From Eubacteriales bacterium (GTDB lineage: Bacteria; Bacillota; Clostridia; Oscillospirales; CAG-272), in contig JAZQWO010000054.1 in NCBI GenBank assembly GCA_045632405.1, positions 2,291-66,290 of the forward strand: a stretch of DNA of 64,000 nt, written 5' to 3'. Position 1 is the stretch's first letter, and every line of letters begins with the position of its first letter. Made by a program: the position numbers and the translations under genes. The notes beneath the pieces were generated by a model. That model made no database searches. It was not told where the DNA came from and saw only the letters and a program-made list of their open reading frames with translations. Below are positions 45,518 to 54,994 of this stretch, piece by piece.

Positions 45518-45796
45518 TATGCCTTGCGAGAGTGAAACGAACCAGTTTTGGAACGGACAAAAACCCCGTCTTTGGCGTTAAAATTTTTTGAAATATTTTT
45601 ATATATCGGCAAAATTTTGTCTTAAACACGAGCTTTTTGGCTCGTTCTAAAATGCCTCGCACCTAAAACCTAACTATTTAGAGATGATTTTTGGTGCGGA
45701 GGAGGAAGGCTTATTGGCATAAGCCAACGACCACAATCCTAAAAGCGCTTTAAATAGTAGGCTTTAGGCTGGTTCGTCTCACTCTCGCAAGGCATA
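45518..45796. repeat. 279-bp non-coding element closed by a 28-bp inverted repeat
   Basis: TATGCCTTGCGAGAGTGAAACGAACCAG (45518-45545) pairs with CTGGTTCGTCTCACTCTCGCAAGGCATA (45769-45796) at 27 of 28 positions. Internal hairpins are present and there is no ORF. Confidence 0.7.
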
Positions 45797-45827
45797 CTAT
45801 ATAGACTAACTAACACAGGAGTTTTTT

Positions 45828-46487
45828 ATGATAACATACAAGGAAATTAAGCAAAGCGAGGCAATTTCAACATATATAAGGAAGGCGGATGAGAGCCTCT
45901 GTGCTCTTGGCTACACGGAGCATAGCTTTGCCCACGTGGGCTTGGTAGCTAATCGCGCTGAATATATTCTTTCCGCTCTGGGCTATGATTGGCGCGAGGT
46001 GGAGCTTGTTAAAATTGCGGCGCATTTGCACGATATAGGCAATATTGTCAACCGCCGCGAGCATTCCCAAAGCGGCGCGGTTATGGCTTTTAGAATTCTT
46101 GATAAATTAGACATGTCGCCGTCTGAAATTGCCACCATCGTTTCCGCAATCGGCAATCACGACGAGGGAACAGGCGAGGCTGTCAGTCCCGTTGCCGCCG
46201 CCCTTATCATAGCGGACAAAAGCGACGTGCGCAGAACGCGCGTGCGAAACAACGATTTTGCCACCTTTGATATACACGATAGAGTTAACTACTCCGTTAT
46301 AGAAACTGACCTTTTCATAAACGAGGAAAAAACAAAAATCACCCTTAGCTTAACTATTGACACGGAAATCAGCCCTGTTATGGACTACTTTGAAATCTTT
46401 TTAAACCGTATGTTAATGTGCAAGAAGGCGGCCAAGGCGCTGAATTTGGAATTCAAGCTCACAGTTAACGGTCAAGCTCTAATATGA
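45828..46487 (+). CDS. HD-domain phosphohydrolase
   Basis: Motifs HSFAHV, AAHLHDIGN and GNHDE. Confidence 0.75.
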   Translation: MITYKEIKQSEAISTYIRKADESLCALGYTEHSFAHVGLVANRAEYILSALGYDWREVELVKIAAHLHDIGNIVNRREHSQSGAVMAFRILDKLDMSPSEIATIVSAIGNHDEGTGEAVSPVAAALIIADKSDVRRTRVRNNDFATFDIHDRVNYSVIETDLFINEEKTKITLSLTIDTEISPVMDYFEIFLNRMLMCKKAAKALNLEFKLTVNGQALI

Positions 46488-46488
46488 C

Positions 46489-46521
46489 AAAAACAGCAGG
46501 CGTAACGCCTGCTGTTTTTTT
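46489..46521. terminator. bidirectional rho-independent terminator
   Basis: ACAGCAGGCG-TAA-CGCCTGCTGT flanked by an A-run and a T-run. Confidence 0.8.
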
Positions 46522-46529
46522 AGATTTGT

Positions 46530-48023
46530 TTAGTTTTGCTCAATTATATTTGTAGGAGCTTTAATCTCTGTCTTTGCAGTTGAAATGTTGTAGAACTTAA
46601 AGATAAGTGTGCTCTTTACTGCAACAGAGTTATTGTTGCCCTCTGCGTATCCGGATGGAACGGTGAGAGCAAAGTCAACTGTTGTTGTGCTTTCAATGTA
46701 CTCAAGCTGGAATGTGCCCTGGAACTTAACATCAAGCTTGGAGTTGAGAGCATTAACCTTAAGACCGTCCGCTATCATCTTTACGATCCGCACGTACACG
46801 TTGATTTCAAGTGCCTCAGCAAACTGTGCAATTGTCAAGCTAAGGTATGCATTTGCCATTGCCTCAAGGTCGTCAATTGTTGGGTATTCCATTGGGTTGC
46901 CGTCTTCATCTGTACCTGCCATCATAGACATAACAAGGTCATATACCACAACGTCCATCATTTCCGCAGGAATCATTTCAGTGATTTCAAGTGCTGCATA
47001 AGCTGCAACTGCCGCCTTTGCATCTGCCTCGTCAAACTCACCTGTTGACATAAGAACATTAACAAGAACACCCTGGAGCTGCTCGTCTGCCATGATTGAT
47101 GCATAAAGCTCGTTGATGTTCATGCCGTATGCTTCTGTTAAGGATGCATTCAAAAATTCAATGTACTCAGAAACAGTCATAGAAAGCATGCCCTTTGCTG
47201 TGAGAATAACATCGTTGTATGTTACATCGTCACCTGCGTGAGCGAGAATGTCATTCAAAACGTCACCAAGTGTCTTTGTTTCAGGGTCAATTGCTGCAAG
47301 GTAAGAAATGAGCTTATCAAGTGTAGGCTTCAAATCAACAACCATGCTACCCTTGTTTTCCTTAATATTAAAGGAAGTGAGCAATGCGCCGCCAAGCTGA
47401 TTGATAACTGCGTCAATTTCTTCCTGTGGAATTTCAACGCCTGCAAAAATCTGCTCAAGCATTGCTTTTGTTGCTGCTATTTCCTCATTATTTTCAAGGT
47501 CAAGCTCGCTTGTACTGAATGCGTCCAGCTCTTCGACGTAGCTATATACCGCATTGTCAACAACATAAAGAACAGTGCCGTTCATAGAGGTCTTGTATTC
47601 GCCGTCCTTAGAATCCTTGGACTTAACCTCTGCATCAACCTTTAAGTTGCATCCGTTTTCTGTCTTAGCCGCTGTGATTGTGAACTTTGCAATGCCGTTC
47701 AAATAGTCATTTTCAAGAGTTTCTCCGTTGAGCCACTCGTCCTTGTCCATCAAAAGGTTAAAATTAACCTCAAGTGTCAAGGTGTTTGCATTTTCAAATT
47801 GCTTTGCAACCGCACCTGCAAGAACAACGCCAACGTTATCCTTTTTTGTTTCTGTGGCTTCGCCGCAGTTGTCGCACTTATTGTCGCCATTGCCGTCAAA
47901 ATGAACAGCGCAGTCAATCTTGTTTTCCTTAGAGGACTCTGTTGGTGCAGTTTCGTCATCTCCGCAGGCAATCAAGCTGAATGTAAGCAAAAGTGCCATA
48001 AGTACCAATAATAATTTTTTCAT
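46530..48023 (-). CDS. lipoprotein of unknown function
   Basis: Signal peptide with lipobox LIAC. It is 497 aa and has an acidic helical C-terminal half. Confidence 0.7.
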   Translation of the reverse strand: MKKLLLVLMALLLTFSLIACGDDETAPTESSKENKIDCAVHFDGNGDNKCDNCGEATETKKDNVGVVLAGAVAKQFENANTLTLEVNFNLLMDKDEWLNGETLENDYLNGIAKFTITAAKTENGCNLKVDAEVKSKDSKDGEYKTSMNGTVLYVVDNAVYSYVEELDAFSTSELDLENNEEIAATKAMLEQIFAGVEIPQEEIDAVINQLGGALLTSFNIKENKGSMVVDLKPTLDKLISYLAAIDPETKTLGDVLNDILAHAGDDVTYNDVILTAKGMLSMTVSEYIEFLNASLTEAYGMNINELYASIMADEQLQGVLVNVLMSTGEFDEADAKAAVAAYAALEITEMIPAEMMDVVVYDLVMSMMAGTDEDGNPMEYPTIDDLEAMANAYLSLTIAQFAEALEINVYVRIVKMIADGLKVNALNSKLDVKFQGTFQLEYIESTTTVDFALTVPSGYAEGNNNSVAVKSTLIFKFYNISTAKTEIKAPTNIIEQN

Positions 48024-48118
48024 TGTCTTTTCTCCTTTTGTGTATTTGAATATTACTATTCTATTATTATTATAACATTTTTTCTCGATTTAGTCAACAT
48101 TTTTTAGTTGAGTAAAAT

Positions 48119-49936
48119 TTATCCTATTGTTACACCGCCAAAATTTTCACAGCCTTCAAAGGCATCCTCGTTAATTCCGTCAGTCACCGCACCCCCTATT
48201 GTAAACACAGTGAGATTATAGCAGTTACCAAAGGTGCGGTAGCTGATAACGCCTACATCACCTAAAATGTTAACCGTTTCCAAAGCGTAACAGTTATAAA
48301 ACGCTTCCTTGCCTATGGCATAAAGATTATACTCAAAGGTTACCTCACGTAGGCTCTCGCAGCCGTAGAAGGCTCTGCCGTCAACATAGTCAATTCGGTC
48401 GCCCAAATCAATTTCAGTTAAATTTATACAACCTTCAAAGGCGGCGGTTCGCACAACGCCCACACCGTTTGGCAAATAAACTCTTTCAATGTTTATGTTT
48501 CCGAAGAATGAGCGCTCGCCTATGATATGTGTTCCGTTTGGCACGTAATATTCTTTATCGTATCTGCCACGAGGATATGCCACAAGCTGTGTCCTTGCCT
48601 CGTTGTAAAGCACGCCCTCAATGGAGCAAAAGCTGGGGTTTTGCGCGCTGACCACGAAATTCTCCAAGGAGTCGCAACATGTAAATGCCAACGGTTCAAT
48701 TTGTGTAACTGTTTCCGATATCCAGATTTCACGAAGAGATACGCAATCAAAGAAGGTATATTCGTTGATTTTCGTCACTCCGCTGGGAATTTTTATAACC
48801 TCTACCATGTATCTGCCATCAAATGCACAGTCCTCAATGGAAACAACAGGGTAGCCGAGATATGTGCTTGGTATTTCAACCACAGTATCGGTTCCGTTAT
48901 ACTTTACAAGGGAATAGCCATTTGAGTATATCTTTTCAAATTGGAATTTTTGAACACTCTTGTCCCAAATGGCGTAAAGCTCCATATCTCCCCAAGAAAA
49001 AATTTCCTCTCCGACCTCATATTCTATTTCTCCTGCCGGCTCACTGCTCCAGCCCAGCAAGGCTTTGCCGCTATCAGAAAAGATATCCCCAAGGGTTAAA
49101 AAGCCGTTTTCATCTGTAATCAGCTCCACCTTTTCGCCCGAGCCGTCGTTTTTATGAAGGGTTACGGTAATTTCACTGTCCGCCCACAAGGCTATAAGGG
49201 TTATATCCTTTGTCACCTTGTCGTTTGCAAAATCCCACTCGTCATAAGTGTCAAGCCTTAACCAACAAATAAGCTTGTACCCCTCATATTCCGTATGTAT
49301 ATTTGCGCTTATGCGCTCCCCTGCCTTTACCATTATGCTCTCCACAGGTGTGCCTCCGTCAGTATCAAAGGTAACGGTATAGTAGGTTGCTTGACTCTCA
49401 CTTGGCTTACTGCTATCTGTTGTATCTCCGCCAGCAACGGAGCTGTCAGTAGAGCTTTCCACGTCCGCGTTAGTTCCGTTTGTTAAGGTGCTACCCGTGT
49501 TTTCTGTGCCGAATTCCAAGGGGAAAACCAAGCGAAACAACAAAATCACTCCCGCAACTGTCATAACAATGGTGGCAACGATAGAAACAATCAAGCCGAT
49601 TATGAGCGCCCTTTTGCCACTTCTCTTTTCCTTGGGCCTTGGTTCTTCTTCATTATTTATATCTACGGTGTTGTCTTTCTCTGCCACTTCCTCGGAAGCA
49701 GAGGGTGGCAAGGTGTCCTCTTCTTTAATATCAACCGTTATTTCATCGTCCAAAAGCTCATCAAAGGAAACCTCAAAAAGCTTGGCTATCTTTTTGAGCT
49801 TGTCAATCTCAGGCTGGCTGATTCCCGCTTCCCATTTATAAACCGCCTGGCGCGACACCTCAAGCTTCGTTGCAAGCTGCTCCTGGCTCCAGCCCTTCTG
49901 CTTTCTCAAATATGTAATTTTTTGTGATAATTCCAT
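48119..49936 (-). CDS. membrane-tethered XRE-type HTH protein with extracytoplasmic InlB-B-repeat and BspA-type LRR domains
   Basis: The N-terminus reads LRKQKGWSQEQLATKLEVSRQAVYKWE. One TM helix (ALIIGLIVSIVATIVMTVAGVILLF). Then YTVTFDTDGG...LIALW repeats and LRR_5-like repeats. Confidence 0.8.
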   Translation of the reverse strand: MELSQKITYLRKQKGWSQEQLATKLEVSRQAVYKWEAGISQPEIDKLKKIAKLFEVSFDELLDDEITVDIKEEDTLPPSASEEVAEKDNTVDINNEEEPRPKEKRSGKRALIIGLIVSIVATIVMTVAGVILLFRLVFPLEFGTENTGSTLTNGTNADVESSTDSSVAGGDTTDSSKPSESQATYYTVTFDTDGGTPVESIMVKAGERISANIHTEYEGYKLICWLRLDTYDEWDFANDKVTKDITLIALWADSEITVTLHKNDGSGEKVELITDENGFLTLGDIFSDSGKALLGWSSEPAGEIEYEVGEEIFSWGDMELYAIWDKSVQKFQFEKIYSNGYSLVKYNGTDTVVEIPSTYLGYPVVSIEDCAFDGRYMVEVIKIPSGVTKINEYTFFDCVSLREIWISETVTQIEPLAFTCCDSLENFVVSAQNPSFCSIEGVLYNEARTQLVAYPRGRYDKEYYVPNGTHIIGERSFFGNINIERVYLPNGVGVVRTAAFEGCINLTEIDLGDRIDYVDGRAFYGCESLREVTFEYNLYAIGKEAFYNCYALETVNILGDVGVISYRTFGNCYNLTVFTIGGAVTDGINEDAFEGCENFGGVTIG

Positions 49937-49963
49937 TATGCTCTCCTATAATGTAGTGATTTC

Positions 49964-49992
49964 ATTATATCACAAAGCATAGATTTAGTCAA
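49964..49992 (-). promoter_or_regulatory. promoter of the HTH-LRR gene
   Basis: TTGACT, 17 nt, TATAAT on the minus strand. Confidence 0.55.
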
Positions 49993-50032
49993 CAAACTTC
50001 CGTTTACCAATGTCAACCGACAGTTTACATTT

Positions 50033-50054
50033 GCGATTTTTGCATAAAAATCGC
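50033..50054. promoter_or_regulatory. A/T-rich palindrome GCGATTTTT-GCAT-AAAAATCGC upstream of the HTH-LRR promoter
   Basis: 9-bp perfect arms. A related palindrome lies at 52385-52398, and both are followed by CACACTC. Confidence 0.35.
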
Positions 50055-50085
50055 ACACTCTGTGCCGTTTTTTCTCCAAAACGAT

Positions 50086-50117
50086 AAAAAAGACTGTTGC
50101 GTGCAACAGTCTTTTTT
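50086..50117. terminator. terminator of the 743-aa repeat protein gene
   Basis: AAAAA-AGACTGTTGC-GT-GCAACAGTCT-TTTTT. Confidence 0.8.
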
Positions 50118-50123
50118 GTATCA

Positions 50124-52295
50124 TTATTTCTTAACCTTGTAAGTAACGTGAATTGCTTGACCGCCTGTCAAAAGAAGCATTTCAACAGCAGGAACTGAGA
50201 ATTCACCAGCCTTAACTCTGAGAGGCTTGTCAATGATACCTCTTGCAAGAACCTTAACACACTTAGCCTTCTTATCGATAAGCTTCTTGTCCTTCATAGA
50301 CTGAATTGTAACAAGCTCGTGTGCCTCATAATTCTTAGAAAGTGTATCAACATTAATGATTGCCTTCTTGTTGTCCTTAGGACCGATATAGTCAACGCTT
50401 TCCTCAACGTGAAGCTCAACATGCTTTTCTTCAACAATCTGGTGAGCTTCCTCTGCGCTAACGCTTTCAACAACGATTTCAGGCTCTACGTAAGGAACTT
50501 CCTCTACCTCTTCAACAACAGGCTCTTCGACAACTGGCTCTTCAACCACAGGCTCGGGAACAACCTCAACAACAGGCTCTTCAACCACTGGCTCGGGAAC
50601 AACCTCAACAATTGGTTCAACGATTGGCTCTTCCTTAGGCTTTGTGGACATAACAACTACTGCATCATCAGCAATAAGTGCCTTGATCAGCTTGCGAGCA
50701 AGAAGTGGCTCGTTTGGCTCATATGGGTACTTAGCAACATAATCAACTGTCTTTGCCTTTTCATCCTTTTCAATGCCGAACTTAGCCATTGTGATATCAA
50801 CAAGCTCTTTTGCCTTTCTAAGACCAAGACCACTCTTAATCTTAACAAGCATTGGAACATCCTCGAATATCTTAGCATCAATTGGCTCGTGGTGATACTT
50901 GGACTCGTCAAACTCATTTGGATCAAGGGCACAGTAGAGACAAATTGTCTTGCCGCGGAGCTTAACCTTGAAGAGCTGATCTCTACCTCTGTTATAGCTA
51001 TCGAACTTCCAGCTAATTCTGGACTTAACACCCTTGTAGGAAAGGATGTGGTTCTTGAGCTCACTGTAATAATCCTTAACAGTATCGTCGCTCTGAATGA
51101 GATTAGCGGTGAAGCTACGGCTATATTTGATGTCAATTCTGTTTCCTTCATTATCATAATATGTAGGAACAAGAACGCCATCTGCGTCCTCAGCAGGTGC
51201 AGGCTCAGTAGCAGTCTCTTCAACCACCGGCTCTTCGACAACCTCAGCAACCGGCTCTTCGACAACAGGTTCTTCAACCACAGGCTCTTCGACAACCTCA
51301 GCAACCGGCTCTTCGACAACCTCAGCAACTGGCTCTTCTACAATTGGTTCTTCAACCACCGGCTCTTCGATAACCTCAACAGGCTCTTCAACCACCGGCT
51401 CCTCGACAACAGGCTCGGGAACAACCTCAACAATTGGTTCAACAACAGGCTCCTCTGCCTTAGCTGCCTCAATTGCGTAAAGCGGAATTGTGAATACGGA
51501 GTCAATTTCTCCTCTTTCAATAACAACATCACCGTCAGGAACAACACTCCAGCCAAGGAATCTGTCGCTTTCGTCAAAGTCGTTAGGAAGTCTGAGCTTG
51601 AAGTAGTGAGACTCCTTATAAAGAACTCTATCCTCGCTTGTAAGTGTGTAAGCAATATCAACTACACTCTCGCCAAGGAATGGCTCGTCGCTGACAACAA
51701 TGTCGCTATCCTCAAGTGCCATAACAGGATAAAGGTTGATTGTGAACACATAGTTTTCATGTCCGTCCTTGAAAGCAATGTCACCGTTTGGCTTGAAGCC
51801 CCAGCCGAGAACGTCTGCTTCAGGAAGAACTGCGTTGAGTCTAAAGCCCTCGCTCGCGATAACCACGTCTGTTTGAGTGTCAACATAGTTAAACTTAACG
51901 CATACGCCCTCGGAGTAATCAAGCTCGTCAACAGGGATAGCGCGCTTTTCAACAGGAGTGGACTCAACAACAGGAGCTTCAGCCCAGATAGCATATAACT
52001 TTATGCCATGCAAAACAACTATTTTATGCTTAGTAAGAGGCTTTTTGCCGCCGGGCTTCTTGCTCCAGCCAACAAGTCTCTTTCCTTTCTTTGACGCACT
52101 GTGAATCTGTGTAGATGAGAGCCACGGGCGTTTTTCTCTAAAAATTTCTTTATTGCCATCGTCACCGTCTAAGTATACAACCTGACAACGCACAACAAGG
52201 AACAAAATTGCCAAAAGAAGTGCAATACCAAGAACAACGGCGCATCCAATTATGCTAAGGTTGAAAATATCGATGGCTGCAAACATGTTTGTCAT
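50124..52295 (-). CDS. membrane-anchored repeat protein: three InlB-B-type repeats, two acidic P/V/E linkers, a central unknown domain and a C-terminal uL15-like domain
   Basis: I chose the start MTNMFAAIDIF at 52295, behind GGATGGAG; the track ORF starts at 52355. The C-terminus KVLARGIIDKPLRVKAGEFSVPAVEMLLLTGGQA follows the ribosomal uL15 C-terminal pattern (KILGNG.L.K.LTVKA.KFS.SA.EA.EAAGG). Confidence 0.7.
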   Translation of the reverse strand: MTNMFAAIDIFNLSIIGCAVVLGIALLLAILFLVVRCQVVYLDGDDGNKEIFREKRPWLSSTQIHSASKKGKRLVGWSKKPGGKKPLTKHKIVVLHGIKLYAIWAEAPVVESTPVEKRAIPVDELDYSEGVCVKFNYVDTQTDVVIASEGFRLNAVLPEADVLGWGFKPNGDIAFKDGHENYVFTINLYPVMALEDSDIVVSDEPFLGESVVDIAYTLTSEDRVLYKESHYFKLRLPNDFDESDRFLGWSVVPDGDVVIERGEIDSVFTIPLYAIEAAKAEEPVVEPIVEVVPEPVVEEPVVEEPVEVIEEPVVEEPIVEEPVAEVVEEPVAEVVEEPVVEEPVVEEPVAEVVEEPVVEETATEPAPAEDADGVLVPTYYDNEGNRIDIKYSRSFTANLIQSDDTVKDYYSELKNHILSYKGVKSRISWKFDSYNRGRDQLFKVKLRGKTICLYCALDPNEFDESKYHHEPIDAKIFEDVPMLVKIKSGLGLRKAKELVDITMAKFGIEKDEKAKTVDYVAKYPYEPNEPLLARKLIKALIADDAVVVMSTKPKEEPIVEPIVEVVPEPVVEEPVVEVVPEPVVEEPVVEEPVVEEVEEVPYVEPEIVVESVSAEEAHQIVEEKHVELHVEESVDYIGPKDNKKAIINVDTLSKNYEAHELVTIQSMKDKKLIDKKAKCVKVLARGIIDKPLRVKAGEFSVPAVEMLLLTGGQAIHVTYKVKK

Positions 52296-52343
52296 TATCT
52301 CCATCCGCCTTTCTTTGTCATAAGACATATAAATTGTAATTTT

Positions 52344-52372
52344 ATTATACAACACTGAATTTTTTTTGTCAA
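52344..52372 (-). promoter_or_regulatory. promoter of the repeat protein gene
   Basis: TTGACA, 17 nt, TATAAT on the minus strand. Confidence 0.55.
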
Positions 52373-52384
52373 TAAATTTTTTTT

Positions 52385-52398
52385 ATTTTGCGCAAAAT
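52385..52398. promoter_or_regulatory. A/T-rich palindrome ATTTTGC-GCAAAAT just upstream of the -35 box
   Basis: 7-bp perfect arms. It is followed by CACACTCCGTCCACCG (52402-52417), which matches the end of family-2 elements. Confidence 0.35.
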
Positions 52399-52569
52399 TC
52401 TCACACTCCGTCCACCGTTTTTGCTTTTTTGCCTGTTTTTTGCATCTTTTCAAGCAAGTCCTTGAAGCTACCAAGCCAAAGAATTGAAATTTACTATTGA
52501 TTTTGTCGAAGGTTTTAGCTATAATGTTTATAATATGATATGATATTCATAGCAAGAAGGAGATAAAAA

Positions 52570-53814
52570 ATGGTAACAGAAATTATTAACAAGCTTGGCA
52601 CATTTGACAGCGAGGTTGCAAATGCAGTTAATGCTGAGCTTAAAAGACAAAAAAGAGGACTTGAGCTTATCGCTTCCGAAAACTTGGTTTCCGAGGCTGT
52701 TATGCTTGCAATGGGCACACCGCTCACAAACAAATACGCAGAGGGTTACCCTGCAAAGAGATACTACGGCGGATGCGAATGCGTTGACGTGGTAGAAAAC
52801 ATCGCTATCGAAAGAGCTTGCAAGCTTTTCGGTGCAAATTACGCAAATGTTCAGCCACATAGTGGCGCGCAGGCTAACACTGCGGTTTACTTTGCTCTTT
52901 TAAAGCCAGGTGACACTGTTCTCGGTATGAGCTTGGCTCACGGCGGTCACTTGACACACGGCTCACCTGTTAATATGTCAGGTAGCTATTTCAACTTCCT
53001 TTCCTACGGTGTTAATGACAACGGCTTCATCGACTATGATGAGCTTGAAAAAATCGCAAGAGAAAATAGCCCTAAGCTTATTGTTGCAGGTGCTTCTGCT
53101 TACCCAAGAGTTATCGACTTTGAGCGCATTTCCAAGCTTGCTAAGGAAATTGGCGCATACTTTATGGTAGATATGGCTCACATTGCAGGTCTTGTTGCTG
53201 CAGGTCAGCACCCAAGCCCAATGCCATATGCTGATGTAGTTACAACTACAACACACAAAACCCTCCGCGGTCCACGTGGCGGTCTTATCCTCTGCAACGA
53301 CGAGGAAATTGCTAAAAAAATCAACAAGGCTATCTTCCCAGGCACACAGGGTGGCCCGCTTATGCACACAATCGCTTCTAAGGCTGTATGCTTTGGTGAA
53401 GCATTGAAGCCTGAATTCAAGACATATCAGGAGCAGATTGTTAAAAATGCCAAGGCTTTGGCAGACACTCTCTTGGCTGAGGGCTTCAACCTGGTTTCCG
53501 GCGGCACTGACAACCACTTGATGCTTCTCGACCTTCGCCCCTTCTCTATCACAGGTAAGGAGCTTGAAAAGCGCCTTGACGAGTGCTACATCACAGTTAA
53601 CAAAAATGCAATTCCAAACGACCCTGAGAAGCCATTTGTTACAAGCGGTGTACGTATCGGTACTCCTGCCGTTACATCAAGAGGTCTTAAGGAAGAGGAT
53701 ATGGTTACTCTCGGCAAGCTCATTAAGCTTGTAGCAACAGAATTTGAAACAAAGGCTGATTATATCAGAGCCGAGGTTACAAAAATCTGCGAGAAGTATC
53801 CAATCTACGAATAA
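52570..53814 (+). CDS. glyA: serine hydroxymethyltransferase
   Basis: Motifs [23 protein letters not shown] and others. Confidence 0.95.
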   Translation: MVTEIINKLGTFDSEVANAVNAELKRQKRGLELIASENLVSEAVMLAMGTPLTNKYAEGYPAKRYYGGCECVDVVENIAIERACKLFGANYANVQPHSGAQANTAVYFALLKPGDTVLGMSLAHGGHLTHGSPVNMSGSYFNFLSYGVNDNGFIDYDELEKIARENSPKLIVAGASAYPRVIDFERISKLAKEIGAYFMVDMAHIAGLVAAGQHPSPMPYADVVTTTTHKTLRGPRGGLILCNDEEIAKKINKAIFPGTQGGPLMHTIASKAVCFGEALKPEFKTYQEQIVKNAKALADTLLAEGFNLVSGGTDNHLMLLDLRPFSITGKELEKRLDECYITVNKNAIPNDPEKPFVTSGVRIGTPAVTSRGLKEEDMVTLGKLIKLVATEFETKADYIRAEVTKICEKYPIYE

Positions 53815-54260
53815 TGCGAGGAGAATATTCTACCAAGCAGCGTGACGCTATTCTCTCTTTTTTGAAGGAGAATAACGCACACGTGAGCGCCTCTGACATT
53901 GTTTTCCACTTGAAGGAGCAGGGCTACAAAATCAGCACTGCCACAGTTTACCGCACCCTTGACAAGCTTGTTTCAGACGGAGTGGCGCGAAAAATGGTGG
54001 TAGGGGACGGCTCAGGCGCTTGCTATCAGTATCTTGACGGAGACGAATGCTCAGAGCATTTTCACTTGAAGTGTATAAAATGCGGCAAACTCATACATTT
54101 GAGCTGCGAGTTTCTACACTCCCTTGAGCAACACATATTTGAGGATCACGGCTTCACTGTCAGCTCCGGCAGAACCGTTATTTACGGTACCTGTGCGCAC
54201 TGTGACGGAACGGTGGAAAACGATAAATGCCACTGCAACTGTCATATGACCGACAGCTGA
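53814..54260 (+). CDS. Fur-family transcriptional repressor
   Basis: The ATG overlaps the glyA stop (TAATG). Winged helix (STATVYRTLDKL), HFHLKCIKCG and CAHCDG Zn sites. Confidence 0.85.
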   Translation: MRGEYSTKQRDAILSFLKENNAHVSASDIVFHLKEQGYKISTATVYRTLDKLVSDGVARKMVVGDGSGACYQYLDGDECSEHFHLKCIKCGKLIHLSCEFLHSLEQHIFEDHGFTVSSGRTVIYGTCAHCDGTVENDKCHCNCHMTDS

Positions 54261-54379
54261 ATTATCACGGATTTTGATAACATTTTAAAAAAAGTTGAAT
54301 TTCCTATTGATTTTTAAAAAGATTTGTGATATAATGCTTTCGCTTATGGACTTTAATTTAAAAAATACGGAGGAAAATT

Positions 54380-54904
54380 ATGACTGCTTTAAATATAGTT
54401 TTAGCAATTTTGCTTTTCTTAGCTGCAATCTTTCTTATAGTTGCGGTGCTTATCCAATCCGGTAAGGACAAGGGTGTTTCAGGTGCTATCACAGGTGGCT
54501 CTTCCGAAACATACTATGGCAGAAACAAGGGCAAGTCAAAGGATAAGAAGCTTTCTCTTATCACTACTATCGTTGCTATTGCTTTCATTTTGCTCGCTAT
54601 TGTTGCTTACATTACTCAGCCTTATACTGACGAGGGTGACTACTGGGAGCGTGTGTTTGGTATCGGCGATTACAGCAAGCCTGCTACATCTACCGCCGCT
54701 TCTTCAACAACAGGCTCTTCTGACAAGAACAGCTCCACTGATGTAAGCTCAAACACAACAACAGACAATAGCTCTAACGACGTTGAAACAGATGCATCCA
54801 CTGTTGACTCTAACACAAACGAGCCAAGCGATGACATCGAGAGCAGCACTCCATCTTCTGAAAACGAGGATGTGCCAAGCTCCGACAACGTAGCAAACGA
54901 CTAA
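54380..54904 (+). CDS. secG: preprotein translocase subunit SecG with a roughly 90-aa Ser/Thr/Asp-rich C-terminal extension
   Basis: The N-terminus LLFLAAIFLIVAVLIQSGKDKGVSGAITGG is typical of SecG. A second TM helix is followed by a low-complexity tail. Confidence 0.8.
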   Translation: MTALNIVLAILLFLAAIFLIVAVLIQSGKDKGVSGAITGGSSETYYGRNKGKSKDKKLSLITTIVAIAFILLAIVAYITQPYTDEGDYWERVFGIGDYSKPATSTAASSTTGSSDKNSSTDVSSNTTTDNSSNDVETDASTVDSNTNEPSDDIESSTPSSENEDVPSSDNVAND

Positions 54905-54994
54905 TCTGCTATACATAACCGCTTTGGAAAGTTATCCGAGGCGGTTTATTTTTTCACATTTTATGTATTATAAATATTGAAAGGAGGGATTCTT

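Noticed and set aside
45518-45796. A riboswitch or leader RNA for the HD phosphohydrolase gene.
   Set aside because: A closing helix with 27 of 28 positions paired and an AT-rich interior are atypical for riboswitch aptamers, and I recognise no known aptamer consensus. It is kept as an unclassified element rather than called a riboswitch.
50319-51998. A 559-aa plus-strand ORF, with further long minus-frame ORFs, inside the repeat protein gene.
   Set aside because: This is an artefact of the PVVEEP tandem repeats. The antisense reading gives NNRLFDN-type low-complexity sequence. The sense frame has recognisable domains.
10728-53517. Other long antisense ORFs: 10728-11351, 20147-20746, 23154-23696, 27828-28364, 40540-41205, 43864-44523 and 52978-53517.
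   Set aside because: Each lies opposite a confidently identified gene (kdgK, lspA, queA, ymdB-like, feoB, EF-G-like and glyA respectively). Each lacks an RBS and translates to low-complexity sequence.
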